A stretch of DNA of 64,000 nucleotides from an uncultured Actinomycetota bacterium. GTDB taxonomy: Bacteria; Actinomycetota; Actinomycetes; JAHEKZ01. The notes below the pieces were generated by a model that did not search any database, was not told the origin of the DNA, and saw only the letters and a program-made list of their open reading frames with translations. Below, one piece after another: positions 1 through 11,163 of this stretch. The position numbers and the translations under genes were made by a program. Within the stretch, counting starts at the first letter, position 1. Every line of letters begins with the position of its first letter. Location: NCBI GenBank assembly GCA_963829525.1, contig CAWHIJ010000003.1, positions 2,176,001-2,240,000 on the forward strand, given 5' to 3'.

Positions 1-379
1 CGGCGTCGTCGTAGGCCACCGCCAGCCGGAACCAGGCCCCCCAGTCGTCCGGAGCGGCCTCGACCTCCGCCTGACGCTGCGCGAAACGCGCATCTGCGGC
101 TTCGCGCACCACGCGCCCCCCGGGGGTGCGCGGCAAGTCGTCCTCCGGAAGCCCACCGGAGGCGGCCAGCTCGCGGCCGAGCTCGGCGGTCTTGGCCCCG
201 AACTGCAGCTCGCGGACCACCACCCAGACCCCGATGACAGGAAGTGCGATCAGCGCGACCCCGAGGACGACCGGAATCAGGTCCCCACTGGAGAGCAGCA
301 CCCACGAGCGCTGAGCGATGAACAGGAGATAGAAGCCGCACAGCGCGGCCAGCACCCAAGCGACGGAGCGAGCGTTCAC
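1..379 (-). CDS. Conserved actinobacterial membrane protein (TPR-like C-terminus), truncated by window edge
   Basis: Manual translation from GTG at 379: VNARSVAWVLAALCGFYLLFIAQ...PRTPGGR...APDDWGAWFRLAVAYDDA. It has two hydrophobic segments and sits in the usual position downstream of dapB. Confidence 0.7.
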   Translation of the reverse strand, partial: MNARSVAWVLAALCGFYLLFIAQRSWVLLSSGDLIPVVLGVALIALPVIGVWVVVRELQFGAKTAELGRELAASGGLPEDDLPRTPGGRVVREAADARFAQRQAEVEAAPDDWGAWFRLAVAYDDA

Positions 380-390
380 GAACCCACCGG

Positions 391-1152
391 CTAGGGGGCG
401 CTGGGCAGGCCGAGCAGGGGTTCGAGTCCGACCGTCAGACCGGGCCGGCGCACCACCTCTCGCACTGCCAGCAGGACACCGGGCATGAACCCCGCGCGGT
501 CCAACGAGTCATGACGGAGCGTGAGAATCTCGCCCGCGTTGCCGAAGACGACCTCTTCGTGAGCAACCGCCCCCCGTAAGCGCACCGAGTGCACGGGGAT
601 GCCGTCGACGATGGCGCCACGGGCGCCCGGCAACGCACTGGAAGTGGCGTCGGGAGCTGTAGGCGTTGCCGCGGCCGAGCGGGCGGCCGCGATCAGCTGC
701 GCGGTGTGCACGGCCGTGCCGCTCGGCGCATCGATCTTGTCGGCATGGTGAGTCTCGACGATCTCAACTGAGTCGAAGTGTCTTGCCGCCTCGCGTGCGA
801 AACGCATCAGAAGCACAGCGCCCAGCGCGAAGTTGGGGGCAACGACAACACCGAGGCCGGGCGACCGTTCGACCACCACTCGTACCTGCTCGAGCCGCTC
901 CTCGTCGAATCCACTCGTGCCCACGACAGCGTGCATCCCAAGGGCGAGCGCACGCTCGACGTTTCCCATCACGACATCAGGGCGGGTGAAGTCGACGACA
1001 ACTTGGGCGCCGGCAACGGCGGCATCGTCGACCGAGCCGTCGCGGTCGACCTCGGCGACGAGCTCAAGGTCGTCAGCGTCGGAAATCGCCGAACAGGTCT
1101 GCTGACCCATTCGGCCAGCAGCACCGATCACGGCAACCTTGACGGCAGTCAT
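391..1152 (-). CDS. dapB: 4-hydroxy-tetrahydrodipicolinate reductase
   Basis: GAAGRMG Rossmann motif, VVDFT, GTSG and ETHHADKIDAPSGTA signature. Confidence 0.97.
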   Translation of the reverse strand: MTAVKVAVIGAAGRMGQQTCSAISDADDLELVAEVDRDGSVDDAAVAGAQVVVDFTRPDVVMGNVERALALGMHAVVGTSGFDEERLEQVRVVVERSPGLGVVVAPNFALGAVLLMRFAREAARHFDSVEIVETHHADKIDAPSGTAVHTAQLIAAARSAAATPTAPDATSSALPGARGAIVDGIPVHSVRLRGAVAHEEVVFGNAGEILTLRHDSLDRAGFMPGVLLAVREVVRRPGLTVGLEPLLGLPSAP

Positions 1153-2468
1153 GAGGTGACGGCTCCGGAGAAGTCCCGGTCAGCATCGAACGGTCCGATG
1201 ACCGCCAGGGTCGGGGTGACGTCAAGGACATCGGACGCCACCTCAAGAACATCGTCGAGTGTGACTGCTTCGATGCGGCTCAATACCTCGTCGATCGACA
1301 GCATCTCGCCATATACGAGTTCGCTCTTGCCGATCCGGTTCATCCGTGATCCGGTGTCCTCCATGCCGAGCACCAGCGACCCGCGCAGCTGGCCTTTGCC
1401 ACGCTCGAGCTCCTCAGTTGTGACGCCTCGGTGACGGACCCGGGCAAGCTCGGCTCGACAGAGGTCGAGCACGTCATCGACCTTCTTCGGCAGGCAGCCG
1501 GCGTAGACGCCGAAGAGACCAGCATCGGAGTACTGGGCGTGGTAGGAGTAGACCGAGTAGGCGAGCCCGCGCTTCTCGCGCACTTCTTGGAAGAGTCGGC
1601 TCGACATCCCTCCGCCGAGTGCGCTGTTGAGCACACCCAGGGCGAAGCGTCGCGGATCATTGCGGTCGACTCCAGGTACACCAAGCACGAGGTTGACCTG
1701 CTCGGTTGTCCGCGGGATGACGGACACGCCGCCGCCAGGATTTGGCCGCGGGTGGACGCGACGTGCTGCAGTCGTGGCTGAGGCCTCGCCGTTGAGCTGG
1801 ACTCCTCCGGCAGCGAAAGCCTTCTTGACCAAGCGCACCACCGCTGCGTGATTGAGGTTCCCTGCCGCGGCAACAACGATGTGCTCAGGCCGGTACCAGC
1901 GCCTGTAGTACCGGCGGACCGTGTCGCGACTTACAGTCTCGATGGATCCAACCGAACCGAGGATCGGTCGCCCCAGTGGTGTGTCACCAAAGACCGACTG
2001 CGCGAACAGGTCATGCACAACGTCGCCTGGGTCGTCATCGTGCATGGCGATCTCTTCTAGGATCACGCCGCGCTCTGACTCGAAGTCAGGTCCAGTGATC
2101 GTCGACGAGAGCACCATGTCGGTCACGACGTCGACAGCGACGGGAAGGTCCGCGTCCAGCACCCGAGCGTAGAAGCAGGTGAACTCTTTTGCGGTGAAGG
2201 CGTTCATCTCGCCTCCGAGCCGGTCGATCGCCGACGAGATCTCCAAAGCACTGCGCTGACGCGTGCCCTTGAACAGCAGGTGCTCGAGGTAGTGACTGGC
2301 ACCGGCCTGCTTGCCCGACTCGTCGCGCGATCCCACCCCGACCCAGACGCCGAAGGAGACCGACCGCATGGTCGGCACGGCCTCGGTGACCACACGCAGC
2401 CCACCGGGCAGGACGGTGCGCTTGACAACGCTTCCGTCCTGGCCCCGGTGCAGCGTGCGGGTGCTCAC
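1149..2468 (-). CDS. M16 family (pitrilysin-like) zinc peptidase
   Basis: HYLEH inverted zincin motif, NAFT and GGGMSSRLFQEVREKRGLAYSV; conserved pnp-M16-dapB order. Confidence 0.95.
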   Translation of the reverse strand: MSTRTLHRGQDGSVVKRTVLPGGLRVVTEAVPTMRSVSFGVWVGVGSRDESGKQAGASHYLEHLLFKGTRQRSALEISSAIDRLGGEMNAFTAKEFTCFYARVLDADLPVAVDVVTDMVLSSTITGPDFESERGVILEEIAMHDDDPGDVVHDLFAQSVFGDTPLGRPILGSVGSIETVSRDTVRRYYRRWYRPEHIVVAAAGNLNHAAVVRLVKKAFAAGGVQLNGEASATTAARRVHPRPNPGGGVSVIPRTTEQVNLVLGVPGVDRNDPRRFALGVLNSALGGGMSSRLFQEVREKRGLAYSVYSYHAQYSDAGLFGVYAGCLPKKVDDVLDLCRAELARVRHRGVTTEELERGKGQLRGSLVLGMEDTGSRMNRIGKSELVYGEMLSIDEVLSRIEAVTLDDVLEVASDVLDVTPTLAVIGPFDADRDFSGAVTS

Positions 2469-2484
2469 GTCAGTCGGTCGTGGC

Positions 2485-4710
2485 TCAGGCGTCTGCCGGG
2501 ACGTCTGCTACGGCCTCGTCCTCATCCTTGGCGGCGGTCAGCGACAGCTTGCCGCGGTCGTCGACCTCCTTGATCTCCACGCGCACCTTCTGGCCGACCG
2601 ACAGCACATCGTCGACCGAGTCGATGCGGGGCTTTCCCACCATCTTCTTGATCTCAGAGATGTGCAGCAGGCCATCCTTGCCGGGGAGCAGCGAGATGAA
2701 CGCACCGAACGTCGTGGTCTTGACCACGGTGCCCAGGTAGCGCTCGCCGACCTCGGGCATCGTCGGATTGGCGATCGAGTTGACCATCGAACGAGCCGCC
2801 TCGGCCGATGGGCCGTCGACAGCGCCGATGTAGATGGTGCCGTCGTCGTCGATCGAGATGTCGGCGCCTGTCTCGTCCTGGATCGAGTTGATCATCTTGC
2901 CCTTCGGGCCGATGACCTCGCCGATCTTGTCGACCGGGATCTTGACGGTGATGACGCGAGGCGCATTCGGCGCCATCTCGTCAGGACCGTCGATCGCCTC
3001 GGACATGACCTCGAGCAGCGTCAGACGTGCAGCGCGCGCCTGGTTCAGTGCGGCGGCGAGCACCGAGGCGGGAATGCCATCGAGCTTGGTGTCCAGCTGC
3101 AGGGCCGTGACGAACTGCTCAGTGCCGGCGATCTTGAAGTCCATGTCGCCGAAGGCGTCCTCGGCTCCAAGGATATCGGTGAGCGCGACGTACTGAGTCT
3201 TGCCATCGACCTCACCGCTGACCAGACCCATGGCGATGCCCGAGACCGGGGCCTTCAACGGGACGCCAGCGTGCAGCAACGACATCGTCGATGCGCAGAC
3301 CGAGCCCATCGAGGTCGACCCGTTGGACCCGAGTGCCTCAGAGACCTGGCGAATCGCATACGGGAACTCCGCGCGCGTCGGCAGGACGGGAACGATCGCA
3401 CGCTCAGCGAGCGCGCCGTGTCCGATCTCGCGACGCTTCGGGGAACCGACCCGGCCGGTCTCACCGGTCGAGTAGGGCGGGAAGTTGTAGTTGTGCATGT
3501 ACCGCTTACGGTTTACCGGGTTGAGGGTGTCGAGCTGCTGCTCCATTCGGAGCATGTTCAGCGTCGTCACACCCATGATCTGAGTCTCGCCGCGCTCGAA
3601 CAGCGACGAGCCGTGGGTCAGCGGAACCACACCGACCTCAGCCGACAGTCGGCGGATGTCGGACGGGCCACGTCCATCGATGCGGACCTGGTCGCGCAGG
3701 ATCCGCTCCCGAACGAGCTTCTTGGTCAGCGCGCGGAACGCCGCGTTGACCTCCTTCTCGCGACCCTCGAACTGCCCGGCGACCTTGTCGGTGACCAGGT
3801 CGGAGATGCGTGACGTCTCGGTCTCGCGCTCCTGCTTGCCGGCAATGGTGAGGGCAGCAGCGAGCTCAGCCGATGCTGTCTGTTCCACGGCGCTGAAGAC
3901 ATCCTCCTGGTAGTCGAGGAAGAGCGGGAACTCGCGGGTCGGCTTGGCAGCGACCGCGGCGAGCTCGGCCTGTGCCTCACAGAGCACCCGGATGAACGGC
4001 TTGGCAGCCTCAAGGCCCTGCGCCACGACCTCTTCGGTCGGTGCCGTGGCCCCGCCAGCGATCAGGTTGATCGTCTCCTCGGTTGCCTCGGCCTCGACCA
4101 TCATGATCGCGACGTCTGGCTTGCCCTCGTGCTCGACGACGCGGCCGGCTACGACCATGTCGAAGACAGCACGCTCAAGCTCGGAGTGCGTCGGGAAACC
4201 GATCCACTGGCCGTCGATCAGAGCGACGCGAACGCCGCCGATCGGGCCGCTGAACGGAATTCCGGACAACTGGGTCGACATCGATGCCGCATTGATCGCG
4301 ACGACGTCGTACAGGTGCTCAGGGTCGAGCGACATGATCGTCTCGACGATCTGGATCTCGTTGCGCAGTCCCTTGGTGAACGACGGGCGCAGCGGCCGGT
4401 CGATCAACCGGCAGGTGAGAATGGCGTCCTCGGTGGGCCGCCCCTCACGACGGAAGAAGGATCCGGGGATCCGGCCGACGGAGTACATCCGCTCTTCGAC
4501 GTCGACGGTCAGGGGGAAGAAGTCCAAGTTGTCCTTGGGACGCTTGGACGCTGTGGTAGCCGACAACACCATCGTGGTGTCGTCAAGGTAGGCGACAGCC
4601 GAACCGGCTGCCTGTCGGGCAAGGCGCCCGGTTTCGAACTTGATGATGCGGTGGCCAAACGATCCATTGTCGATAATGGCCTCGCTCGAGCGAACTTCCA
4701 GACCCTCCAC
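2485..4710 (-). CDS. pnp: Polyribonucleotide nucleotidyltransferase
   Basis: [23 protein letters not shown] and GDMDFK motifs plus KH and S1 domains. Start trimmed to the GTG at 4710, which follows a GGAGGA SD. Confidence 0.98.
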   Translation of the reverse strand: MEGLEVRSSEAIIDNGSFGHRIIKFETGRLARQAAGSAVAYLDDTTMVLSATTASKRPKDNLDFFPLTVDVEERMYSVGRIPGSFFRREGRPTEDAILTCRLIDRPLRPSFTKGLRNEIQIVETIMSLDPEHLYDVVAINAASMSTQLSGIPFSGPIGGVRVALIDGQWIGFPTHSELERAVFDMVVAGRVVEHEGKPDVAIMMVEAEATEETINLIAGGATAPTEEVVAQGLEAAKPFIRVLCEAQAELAAVAAKPTREFPLFLDYQEDVFSAVEQTASAELAAALTIAGKQERETETSRISDLVTDKVAGQFEGREKEVNAAFRALTKKLVRERILRDQVRIDGRGPSDIRRLSAEVGVVPLTHGSSLFERGETQIMGVTTLNMLRMEQQLDTLNPVNRKRYMHNYNFPPYSTGETGRVGSPKRREIGHGALAERAIVPVLPTRAEFPYAIRQVSEALGSNGSTSMGSVCASTMSLLHAGVPLKAPVSGIAMGLVSGEVDGKTQYVALTDILGAEDAFGDMDFKIAGTEQFVTALQLDTKLDGIPASVLAAALNQARAARLTLLEVMSEAIDGPDEMAPNAPRVITVKIPVDKIGEVIGPKGKMINSIQDETGADISIDDDGTIYIGAVDGPSAEAARSMVNSIANPTMPEVGERYLGTVVKTTTFGAFISLLPGKDGLLHISEIKKMVGKPRIDSVDDVLSVGQKVRVEIKEVDDRGKLSLTAAKDEDEAVADVPADA

Positions 4711-4770
4711 GGGTCCTCCTCTTCGTTGAGCCTGAGGCGTCATCCCGGCAGTTGCCGGCGAGGAGTGGAG

Positions 4771-4837
4771 CCGGTCATCGATCGAGGCTCCCGGGGATGT
4801 GCGGTGCACATGCCCGGGGTGCCACTACCGAGGACCG
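4771..4837 (-). ncRNA. Actino-pnp-type leader RNA hairpin (cis-regulatory)
   Basis: Minus strand CGGTCCTCGGTAGTGGCACCCCGG...CCGGGAGCCTCGATCGATGACCGG forms a long imperfect stem in the pnp 5' UTR. It matches the actinobacterial pnp leader motif as recalled, not searched. Confidence 0.75.
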
Positions 4838-4935
4838 ACAATGAACGCCGTCACAAGAGTGGGCACGGCGCCCCAGGCGGTGATCTTCAGTTGATCTTCG
4901 GGTGAATACAGACGGGGAACTGCCCCGCCCGCGCG

Positions 4936-5205
4936 CTATCGGCGCAGGCCGAGCCGTTCGATGAGCTGGCGGTACCGGTTGATGTCGGTGTCAGCCAGGT
5001 AGTTGAGCAGGCGACGACGCTGACCCACGAGCAACAGCAGTCCGCGGCGGCTGTGGTGGTCGTGCTTGTGCTCTTTGAGGTGCTCCGTCAGATCTGAGAT
5101 CCGACGGGAGAGCATTGCCACCTGCACCTCGGGGGAACCGGTGTCACCGGCGGTGGTGGCGTACTCGTCCATGATTTGCTTCTTGACAGCGGAATCAAGC
5201 GACAC
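4936..5205 (-). CDS. rpsO: 30S ribosomal protein S15
   Basis: [32 protein letters not shown] and LGLRR motifs; GAGGAG SD. Confidence 0.99.
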   Translation of the reverse strand: MSLDSAVKKQIMDEYATTAGDTGSPEVQVAMLSRRISDLTEHLKEHKHDHHSRRGLLLLVGQRRRLLNYLADTDINRYRQLIERLGLRR

Positions 5206-5289
5206 TGCAGTGGTCTCCTCGAGGTTGTTGCGCGGCGCGCCGGGGCAAGTCCACCCGGGCTCTTACAGGTCCGCGGCCGATCGAACGGC
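5206..5289 (-). promoter_or_regulatory. Putative actinobacterial S15 (rpsO) autoregulatory leader
   Basis: Minus strand GCCGTTCGATCGGC-CGCGG...AAGAGCCCGGG...CCCGGCGCGCCGCG forms nested hairpins ending just before the SD. It resembles the rpsO leader of Actinobacteria. Confidence 0.6.
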
Positions 5290-5398
5290 CTGGTCAGGCT
5301 ATCAGCGGGCGGTCCAATCCCCCGAATCGGCGGCCTGAGGAGCACACGCGGGCGGAAAGACCCTGGTGAAACGCCTCTTGCAGTCACGATCATTGATC

Positions 5399-7616
5399 AT
5401 GACGATCCCCTGCCCGAGCTGCGGGGCACCGCTGGGCCAGCCACCCGCTGGGACTGAGGCGGGAACGACGTGCCTGGCCTGCGGCCACCGTATGTCGACG
5501 ACCTACCTCGTCGAGACCTTCGAACTCGGCGCCTGGCACGCCTGGGCCGGTCAACGGCTCACCTGGCTCCACGACAGGTTGGTCGCCGGAGACCTCCCCG
5601 TCGAAGGGCAGCCGCCAGCCCGCTGCCACCGATCTCGGCGCAGCACCCGGCCGCGGCCACGCCGGCTACCTTCCCGACCTCCCCACGCCTCCTTCGCTGC
5701 CACCTCCGGCGCATCCTGCCCGACCACCGGCCTCTGCCGGTTCGCTGCTGCTGGCGGTTGGTGCCTTCCTCTTGGTCGTGGCCGGCATCGCCTTTCTCGC
5801 CTTCACCTGGGACCTTCTGGGCCCGTTCGGACAGATCACCGTCCTGCTGCTGCTGGGCGCGGCCGCTCTGGGGGCGACCGACCGGCTGCTGATCCGGCTC
5901 CACGGCACTGCGATGGCGCTCGGCGTCGTCGGCACGCTTCTGGTCACGATCGCAGCTATCGGCGCCCGCACCCTGGGGCCGGACGTGATCGGGGCAGGTG
6001 CCTCACTCCTGGTCGCCATTGCCATCATGACGACGCTGTGTGCCACTGCCATCTGGCTTCGGCCGCGCACCGCGTCGATCGGCGAGCTCGCCGGAGTGGC
6101 TGGCTCGGTCGGCGTTCTGGTGCTGCTAGCCACCGCACCCGTGGACGAAGCGCTGCCACTTCCAGAGCCGTGGAGCTGGTGGGTCGCCCTCTCGTGCGGC
6201 GGCGGGTCTGTCGCGCTCTTGGTGCTGGCCGACCGCGTCCGACTGTCGTCGTGGCCTTGGGTCGGTGCGGTGTTCCTGGTTATCTCGGCGATCTCACTCG
6301 CCGTCTTCGTGCAGGCGACGACAGAGGATTTCGCCGCGAGCGAGGCCGAACCTGCCGTCGCTGCGCTCACGCTTCTGATCGCGGCGGTCGGCGTGGCCGT
6401 GCTACTTCGCCGGTTGCAACACGTATGGCCCGTCACCTTGGCGGCTCTGGCGATGTGGAGTCTGGCGCTCTTCCTCAGCTGGACCTCCGGGGTGTCAACG
6501 CCCGAGGCGCGTCCTTGGGCCGCTCTCGTTCTCGCCATGGCGGGGGCAGTGGCGCTCGCGCCTGCGCTTCTCGTCGTCGGCCACTCCTGGTTGAGGTCGA
6601 CGATCCCCCTCGTTGGTTCACTAGCTGTTGGCGCAGCCGTCGGGCTTGCCGTCGCACCGTGGCTGGACCCTCTCTTGAAATACCTCAACGCCGAGTCCTG
6701 GGCCGGGCAAGCCTGGCCGCCTTGGCGCGGATTGCTGGCCGGGCTGGTGTTCGTCGCACTCCTTATCGCATCCGCGGCGTTCGCACCGAGAGTGTTTTCG
6801 GCAACTACGGATGCTGACGGCGGAACCACGGAGACCGTGTCTCCGCTTCTGGGGTTCGCTGAGCTGCTGCCCCCGGCGGCCGGACTCGTTACCTGGTTGA
6901 TCGCGTCATTGAACGATCTCGGTGAGGCAACAGCGGGCCGAGGCACCTACCTCGACACCTACCGGCCTCAACCGACACCAGACGCGTTCCAGCACCAGCT
7001 AGCTATAGCCATGACCGTGCTGGCTCTCGGTCTTCTCGCGATGGTTCTGCTCCGCCGGCTTCCTGCCCTGTCGGTTTGGGCGGTTCCTGTTCTGGCCATC
7101 CCAGCAGCGTTGTTCGAGCTGTCGACCCGCAGTCTTGACTCGACCACCGAGCCCGAGGTGTACGGACTGGCCCTGGGCATCCCCACCCTCGTGGCGTCGA
7201 TCGGCTGGTGGTGGTTGAGACGGCCCGAGCGCACGCCCACCTGGCAGACCATCGCACCGCCGTTCGTTCTCGTTGTGGCCCCGTCAACCCTGGCCTTACT
7301 CGACGAGACAACCAACCGCTGGTTCCTCGGTGACAACTCCAGCACTGCTTACCAGGTACGAATGGTCACCCTTCTCACGATCGGTGTCGTTGCGGCGATT
7401 GTGGGTGCCTGGCAACGGTGGGGCGGGCTCTTCTTCCCCGGTCTCGGGCTGACGCTGATCGTGGTGGGGATCGAGCTCATCGACCTCGGTCGGTTCTTGC
7501 CGCAGTGGCTCTCTTTCGCCGTCGCCGGTGCAGTGCTCATCGCTGCTGGCGCGAGGTGGGAGTGGGTACGACAGCGCGGAAAGGCCGGCGCCACCTGGGT
7601 GCGGTCGCTGACCTAG
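5399..7616 (+). CDS. Large multi-pass membrane protein with N-terminal zinc ribbon (SCO7613/DUF2157-like), split by one frameshift near 5610-5620
   Basis: ATG 5399 gives CPSC...CLAC. The +1 frame continues through a Pro-rich linker into SLLLAVGAFLLVVAGIAFLAFTW and about 16-18 TM helices, ending LPQW...GARWE. Confidence 0.7.
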
Positions 7617-7694
7617 GGCGTTGGAGCGAAGGCGAAGTTCGACCGGGCAGGACCTTCCAATATTGAGCACCGGCGAAGTTCTCCTCTCACACAC

Positions 7695-8675
7695 TCAGCG
7701 CGTGAGGATTTCGCGCGCCTTCCTCACGTCGTCTGCCATCTGCACGAGCAACGGGTCGATCCCGTCGAACTTCAAGGTGGGCCGGAGCCGCTCGACGAAG
7801 TCGAATGCCACGCGCTCGCCATAGAGGTCGAGGTCTGCGCGATCCAGCACATATGCCTCGACCCGGCGCTCCTCGCCATCGAAGGTGGGGTTGGTCCCTA
7901 TCGAGATCGCTGCTGGCAGCGCCTCGGTGATACGTCCGGCACTTCGCACTAGCCAGCCGGCGTAGACACCGTCAGCCGGGACGGCCGTGTGCTCGACAGG
8001 ATCGAGGTTCGCTGTGGGATAGCCGAGGTCGCGTCCGCGATGGTCACCGTGCACGACGATGCCTTCAACGCGATGTGGTCGGTTGAGCGCTCGTGCCGCC
8101 TCGGCGACGTCGCCCTCCAGCACACATTGGCGGATGTACGTCGATGACCAAACAACTTCACCGGTGTCACCGTGCTCGACCACCGCCCCGACTTCCAGCG
8201 CAATCGGTGCCACAACAAAGTCATCGGCAGCGCCCAGTTTCTCCAGCAGAGCCACATCACCGGCCGCACGGTGACCGAAGCGGAAGCCCTCGCCGACGAC
8301 GACGCCAGAAGCGTGCAGGCCCCGCACCAGGACTCGGTCAACGAACTCACCTGGCGTCCAAGAAGCCAGCTCAGGCGAGAAGGCGAGTACCAAGACAGCA
8401 TCAACCCCAGCTTCACCGAGCAGTGCGACCCGGTGATCGAGCGTCGACAGCATTCGCGGCTGGGTGTCAGGACGAACCACCGCACTCGGGTGCGGATCAA
8501 AGGTCACTGCGACCACGCGTCCCTCAACTTCTTCAGCCAAGCGGCGCGTAGCGTCGATGATCACGCGGTGCCCCAGATGCACCCCGTCGAAGACGCCGAT
8601 GCAGACCACCGACCGACCCCAGTCGCCAGGGATGGCCGCTAGACCATCGAAGCGCTCGCCAATCTGCATGGTCAT
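7695..8675 (-). CDS. ribF: Bifunctional riboflavin kinase/FAD synthetase
   Basis: GVFDGVHLGH, TFDPHP, SSTYIR, GYPTAN and GTNPTF motifs. Confidence 0.97.
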   Translation of the reverse strand: MTMQIGERFDGLAAIPGDWGRSVVCIGVFDGVHLGHRVIIDATRRLAEEVEGRVVAVTFDPHPSAVVRPDTQPRMLSTLDHRVALLGEAGVDAVLVLAFSPELASWTPGEFVDRVLVRGLHASGVVVGEGFRFGHRAAGDVALLEKLGAADDFVVAPIALEVGAVVEHGDTGEVVWSSTYIRQCVLEGDVAEAARALNRPHRVEGIVVHGDHRGRDLGYPTANLDPVEHTAVPADGVYAGWLVRSAGRITEALPAAISIGTNPTFDGEERRVEAYVLDRADLDLYGERVAFDFVERLRPTLKFDGIDPLLVQMADDVRKAREILTR

Positions 8676-8690
8676 ACCCTGCCAGAGAGG

Positions 8691-9587
8691 TCAGCCGCTG
8701 CTGAACCCAACGAGGACGCGCAGCGAGCCGGCCCGGGGCTCCATCAGCGCAAGCACCTCTCCCTCTGCGTCGAAGATGCCCGTTGGCCCCCTCTCGCCGT
8801 TCATGGCCAGAGGACGCCCGTGCCTGACGCCGACAGCATCGTCGCCGGTCACCGTACGAGTTGGGAAGGAGGAGCGCACAGCGTCAGCCAGCGGAAGCAC
8901 CGTGAGGGTGGCCTCCAGCTCGTCAAGGGTGTGCGCCTCCGACACGGCGATGTCGCCGATCCGAGTCCGACGCAGTGCGGTGAGGTGACCGCCGACCTCG
9001 AGCGTGTCGCCCAAGTCACGAGCCAGAGCACGAATGTAGGTGCCGCTGGAACAGGTCACAGACACATCAACGTCGAGGAGAGCGGGCGTAGGGCGTCGTA
9101 GATCCTGTACCTCGAAAAGGGAGACTGTCACCCGCCGAGCCGGGAGCTCAACGTCTTCTCCTGCTCGTACCCGGGTGTACGAGCGAACACCACCAACTTT
9201 TACAGCGCTCACCGATGATGGGACCTGCTCGATCGCTCCGACGAACGACAGAACGGCAGCACGCACGTCCGACTCGGCAATTCCGTCTGCGCTCGCTCCG
9301 CCCGTCACGTCACCTTCTGCGTCGTCGGTGACCGTGCGTTGACCGAGTCGAATGGTTGCGTTGTAGTCCTTGTCGTGCGCTGCGAGGTAGCCCAGCAGAC
9401 GGGTGGCGCGACCGATCCCGAGGACCAGGACGCCTGTGGCCATTGGGTCGAGCGTTCCTGCGTGTCCGACCTTGCGGGTGCCCGCGAGGCGCCGCATCTT
9501 GCCGACGACGTCATGCGACGTCCAGCCGCTGGGCTTGTCGACAATGACAAGCCCGTCGATAGCCGGACGCGCCGAAGCGTCAGCCAT
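8691..9587 (-). CDS. truB: tRNA pseudouridine(55) synthase
   Basis: VDKPSGWTSHDVV, GHAGTLDPMATG and CSSGTYIR motifs. Confidence 0.97.
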   Translation of the reverse strand: MADASARPAIDGLVIVDKPSGWTSHDVVGKMRRLAGTRKVGHAGTLDPMATGVLVLGIGRATRLLGYLAAHDKDYNATIRLGQRTVTDDAEGDVTGGASADGIAESDVRAAVLSFVGAIEQVPSSVSAVKVGGVRSYTRVRAGEDVELPARRVTVSLFEVQDLRRPTPALLDVDVSVTCSSGTYIRALARDLGDTLEVGGHLTALRRTRIGDIAVSEAHTLDELEATLTVLPLADAVRSSFPTRTVTGDDAVGVRHGRPLAMNGERGPTGIFDAEGEVLALMEPRAGSLRVLVGFSSG

Positions 9588-10605
9588 CGACGCCAGGGTC
9601 GACGATGGCAGCGTCGAGCGAGCGGCGCACCGTGTCGACGACCTCAGTCAGGTCACGAGAGGTGGCGGTGAAACCAGCGGCATAGCGGTGACCACCGCCC
9701 CCGAGTCCGATCGCCACGGCGCTCACGTCAGCCACACCCTTCGAGCGCAGCGAGACGCGCAAGTCACCTAAGTCGTCCTCTTTCACCACCATGGCAACCT
9801 CGGCCTCGGACGCCTTACGTACGACGTCAATGATGGGTTCGACCAGGTCAAAGGGCAGCCGGTCGATGGCGCGGTCGGCCGCGAGGACCGCCGTCCATAC
9901 CAACCCGTGGCCTCCGGCGGCAGCCTGCTCCAGCTGGCATCGCCCCAGCGCAGTTCCGAGAACCCCGAGATAGCCAAACGGAACGGCGTCGAACACCTCA
10001 CGGGCAATCGTGTCGAAGGCAATGCCGGTCTCGAGCAGCTCACCGGCCAACGCGTGGGTCTGCGGAGTCGTCCCGGCGTAACGGAACGATCCAGTGTCGG
10101 TGATCAATCCGGTGTAAAGGCACGCTGCGATGGCAGGATCTAGTGCGATGCCGAGGCGGGCTATTAGCTCGTGGGCGACGACGGCGGTGGCTGGCGCTTC
10201 AACGTCCACCAGGGCAACGTGACCAAAACCGTCGTAGCTGCGGTGATGGTCAACAGCTACCAGCAATGGCGCCTTCTCGGCAATCTCCCGAAGCAAGCCG
10301 AGCCGGTCGATACTGCTGGCGTCGAAAGTCAGCACGACATCAGGGTCGGATGACACCTCAACGGCAGGCGTCAGCAGGTTCTCCCCTGGCATCCAAGCAA
10401 GGTTGGCGGGTACAACAAACGGATCGTCCCCGAAGGAGACCTCGATCCGTCGGTCACCGGGCATCGACGCCAACGCCAAGCCAGCTCCCAGCGCTGAACC
10501 CAAGGCATCGCCGTCGGGGCTCACATGGCCGAGGAGCAACAGCGACCGGGCCGAGCCGATCGCTTCGACGACCCGGTCCCAATCCGAGGTGGCGATCGGG
10601 CTCAC
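9580..10605 (-). CDS. nrnA: Bifunctional oligoribonuclease/pAp phosphatase (DHH/DHHA1)
   Basis: HVSPDGDALGS, VDHH, TDTGSF, SLRS and GGGGH motifs. Confidence 0.9.
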   Translation of the reverse strand: MSPIATSDWDRVVEAIGSARSLLLLGHVSPDGDALGSALGAGLALASMPGDRRIEVSFGDDPFVVPANLAWMPGENLLTPAVEVSSDPDVVLTFDASSIDRLGLLREIAEKAPLLVAVDHHRSYDGFGHVALVDVEAPATAVVAHELIARLGIALDPAIAACLYTGLITDTGSFRYAGTTPQTHALAGELLETGIAFDTIAREVFDAVPFGYLGVLGTALGRCQLEQAAAGGHGLVWTAVLAADRAIDRLPFDLVEPIIDVVRKASEAEVAMVVKEDDLGDLRVSLRSKGVADVSAVAIGLGGGGHRYAAGFTATSRDLTEVVDTVRRSLDAAIVDPGVDG

Positions 10606-11084
10606 GCGGTTGCGCCGCCGGCTTCATCGAGCTCGGCATCGGTCTGTTCGGACCCATCGAGCTCTCCCACGTGCCGGTAGGGGTCTGGCTCACCCGCGTA
10701 CTTGGCGGCCGCGGCTTGCTCATGTACGCGTTCGTCGTCGGCCTGGGCCGCACGCAAGAGGTCATCGAGGTGTCGGGCCGTTTCCGGAATGGCATCGGCG
10801 ATGAAGGCGAGTGAAGGAGTGTGCCGAATCCCGGTCTGCCGCCCCACCTCGGTGCGGAGCATCCCCTTGGCGCTCTCAAGCGCCTCGGCGGTATCGGCCT
10901 GCTCGGTCAGATCCCCCAGCACGGTGTAGAAGACCGTTGCCTCACGCAGGTCGCCGGTCACCCGCACGTCAGTGATCGTGATGAAACCCATACGCGGATC
11001 CTTGATCCGACGCTCGATCGTCTCGGCAACGATCACCTGGATGCGCTCAGAGAGCCGGCGGGCTCGGGCGTCAGTTTCGGTCAT
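10602..11084 (-). CDS. rbfA: Ribosome-binding factor A
   Basis: IKDPRMGFITITDVRVTGDL and RHTPSLAF motifs. ATG at 11084 follows a GAGGAG SD. Confidence 0.96.
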   Translation of the reverse strand: MTETDARARRLSERIQVIVAETIERRIKDPRMGFITITDVRVTGDLREATVFYTVLGDLTEQADTAEALESAKGMLRTEVGRQTGIRHTPSLAFIADAIPETARHLDDLLRAAQADDERVHEQAAAAKYAGEPDPYRHVGELDGSEQTDAELDEAGGATA

Positions 11085-11163
11085 GGTCACTCCTCGGATG
11101 TGCAGTCGGGGTGGGACGATCCCCCTTGGAGTACGCCCCACTCCGACTGCGCAGGTCAGTGCG

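Noticed and set aside
11085-11163. Absence of the DUF503 gene often found between infB and rbfA
   Set aside because: Its presence is variable among actinobacteria, so this is not informative.
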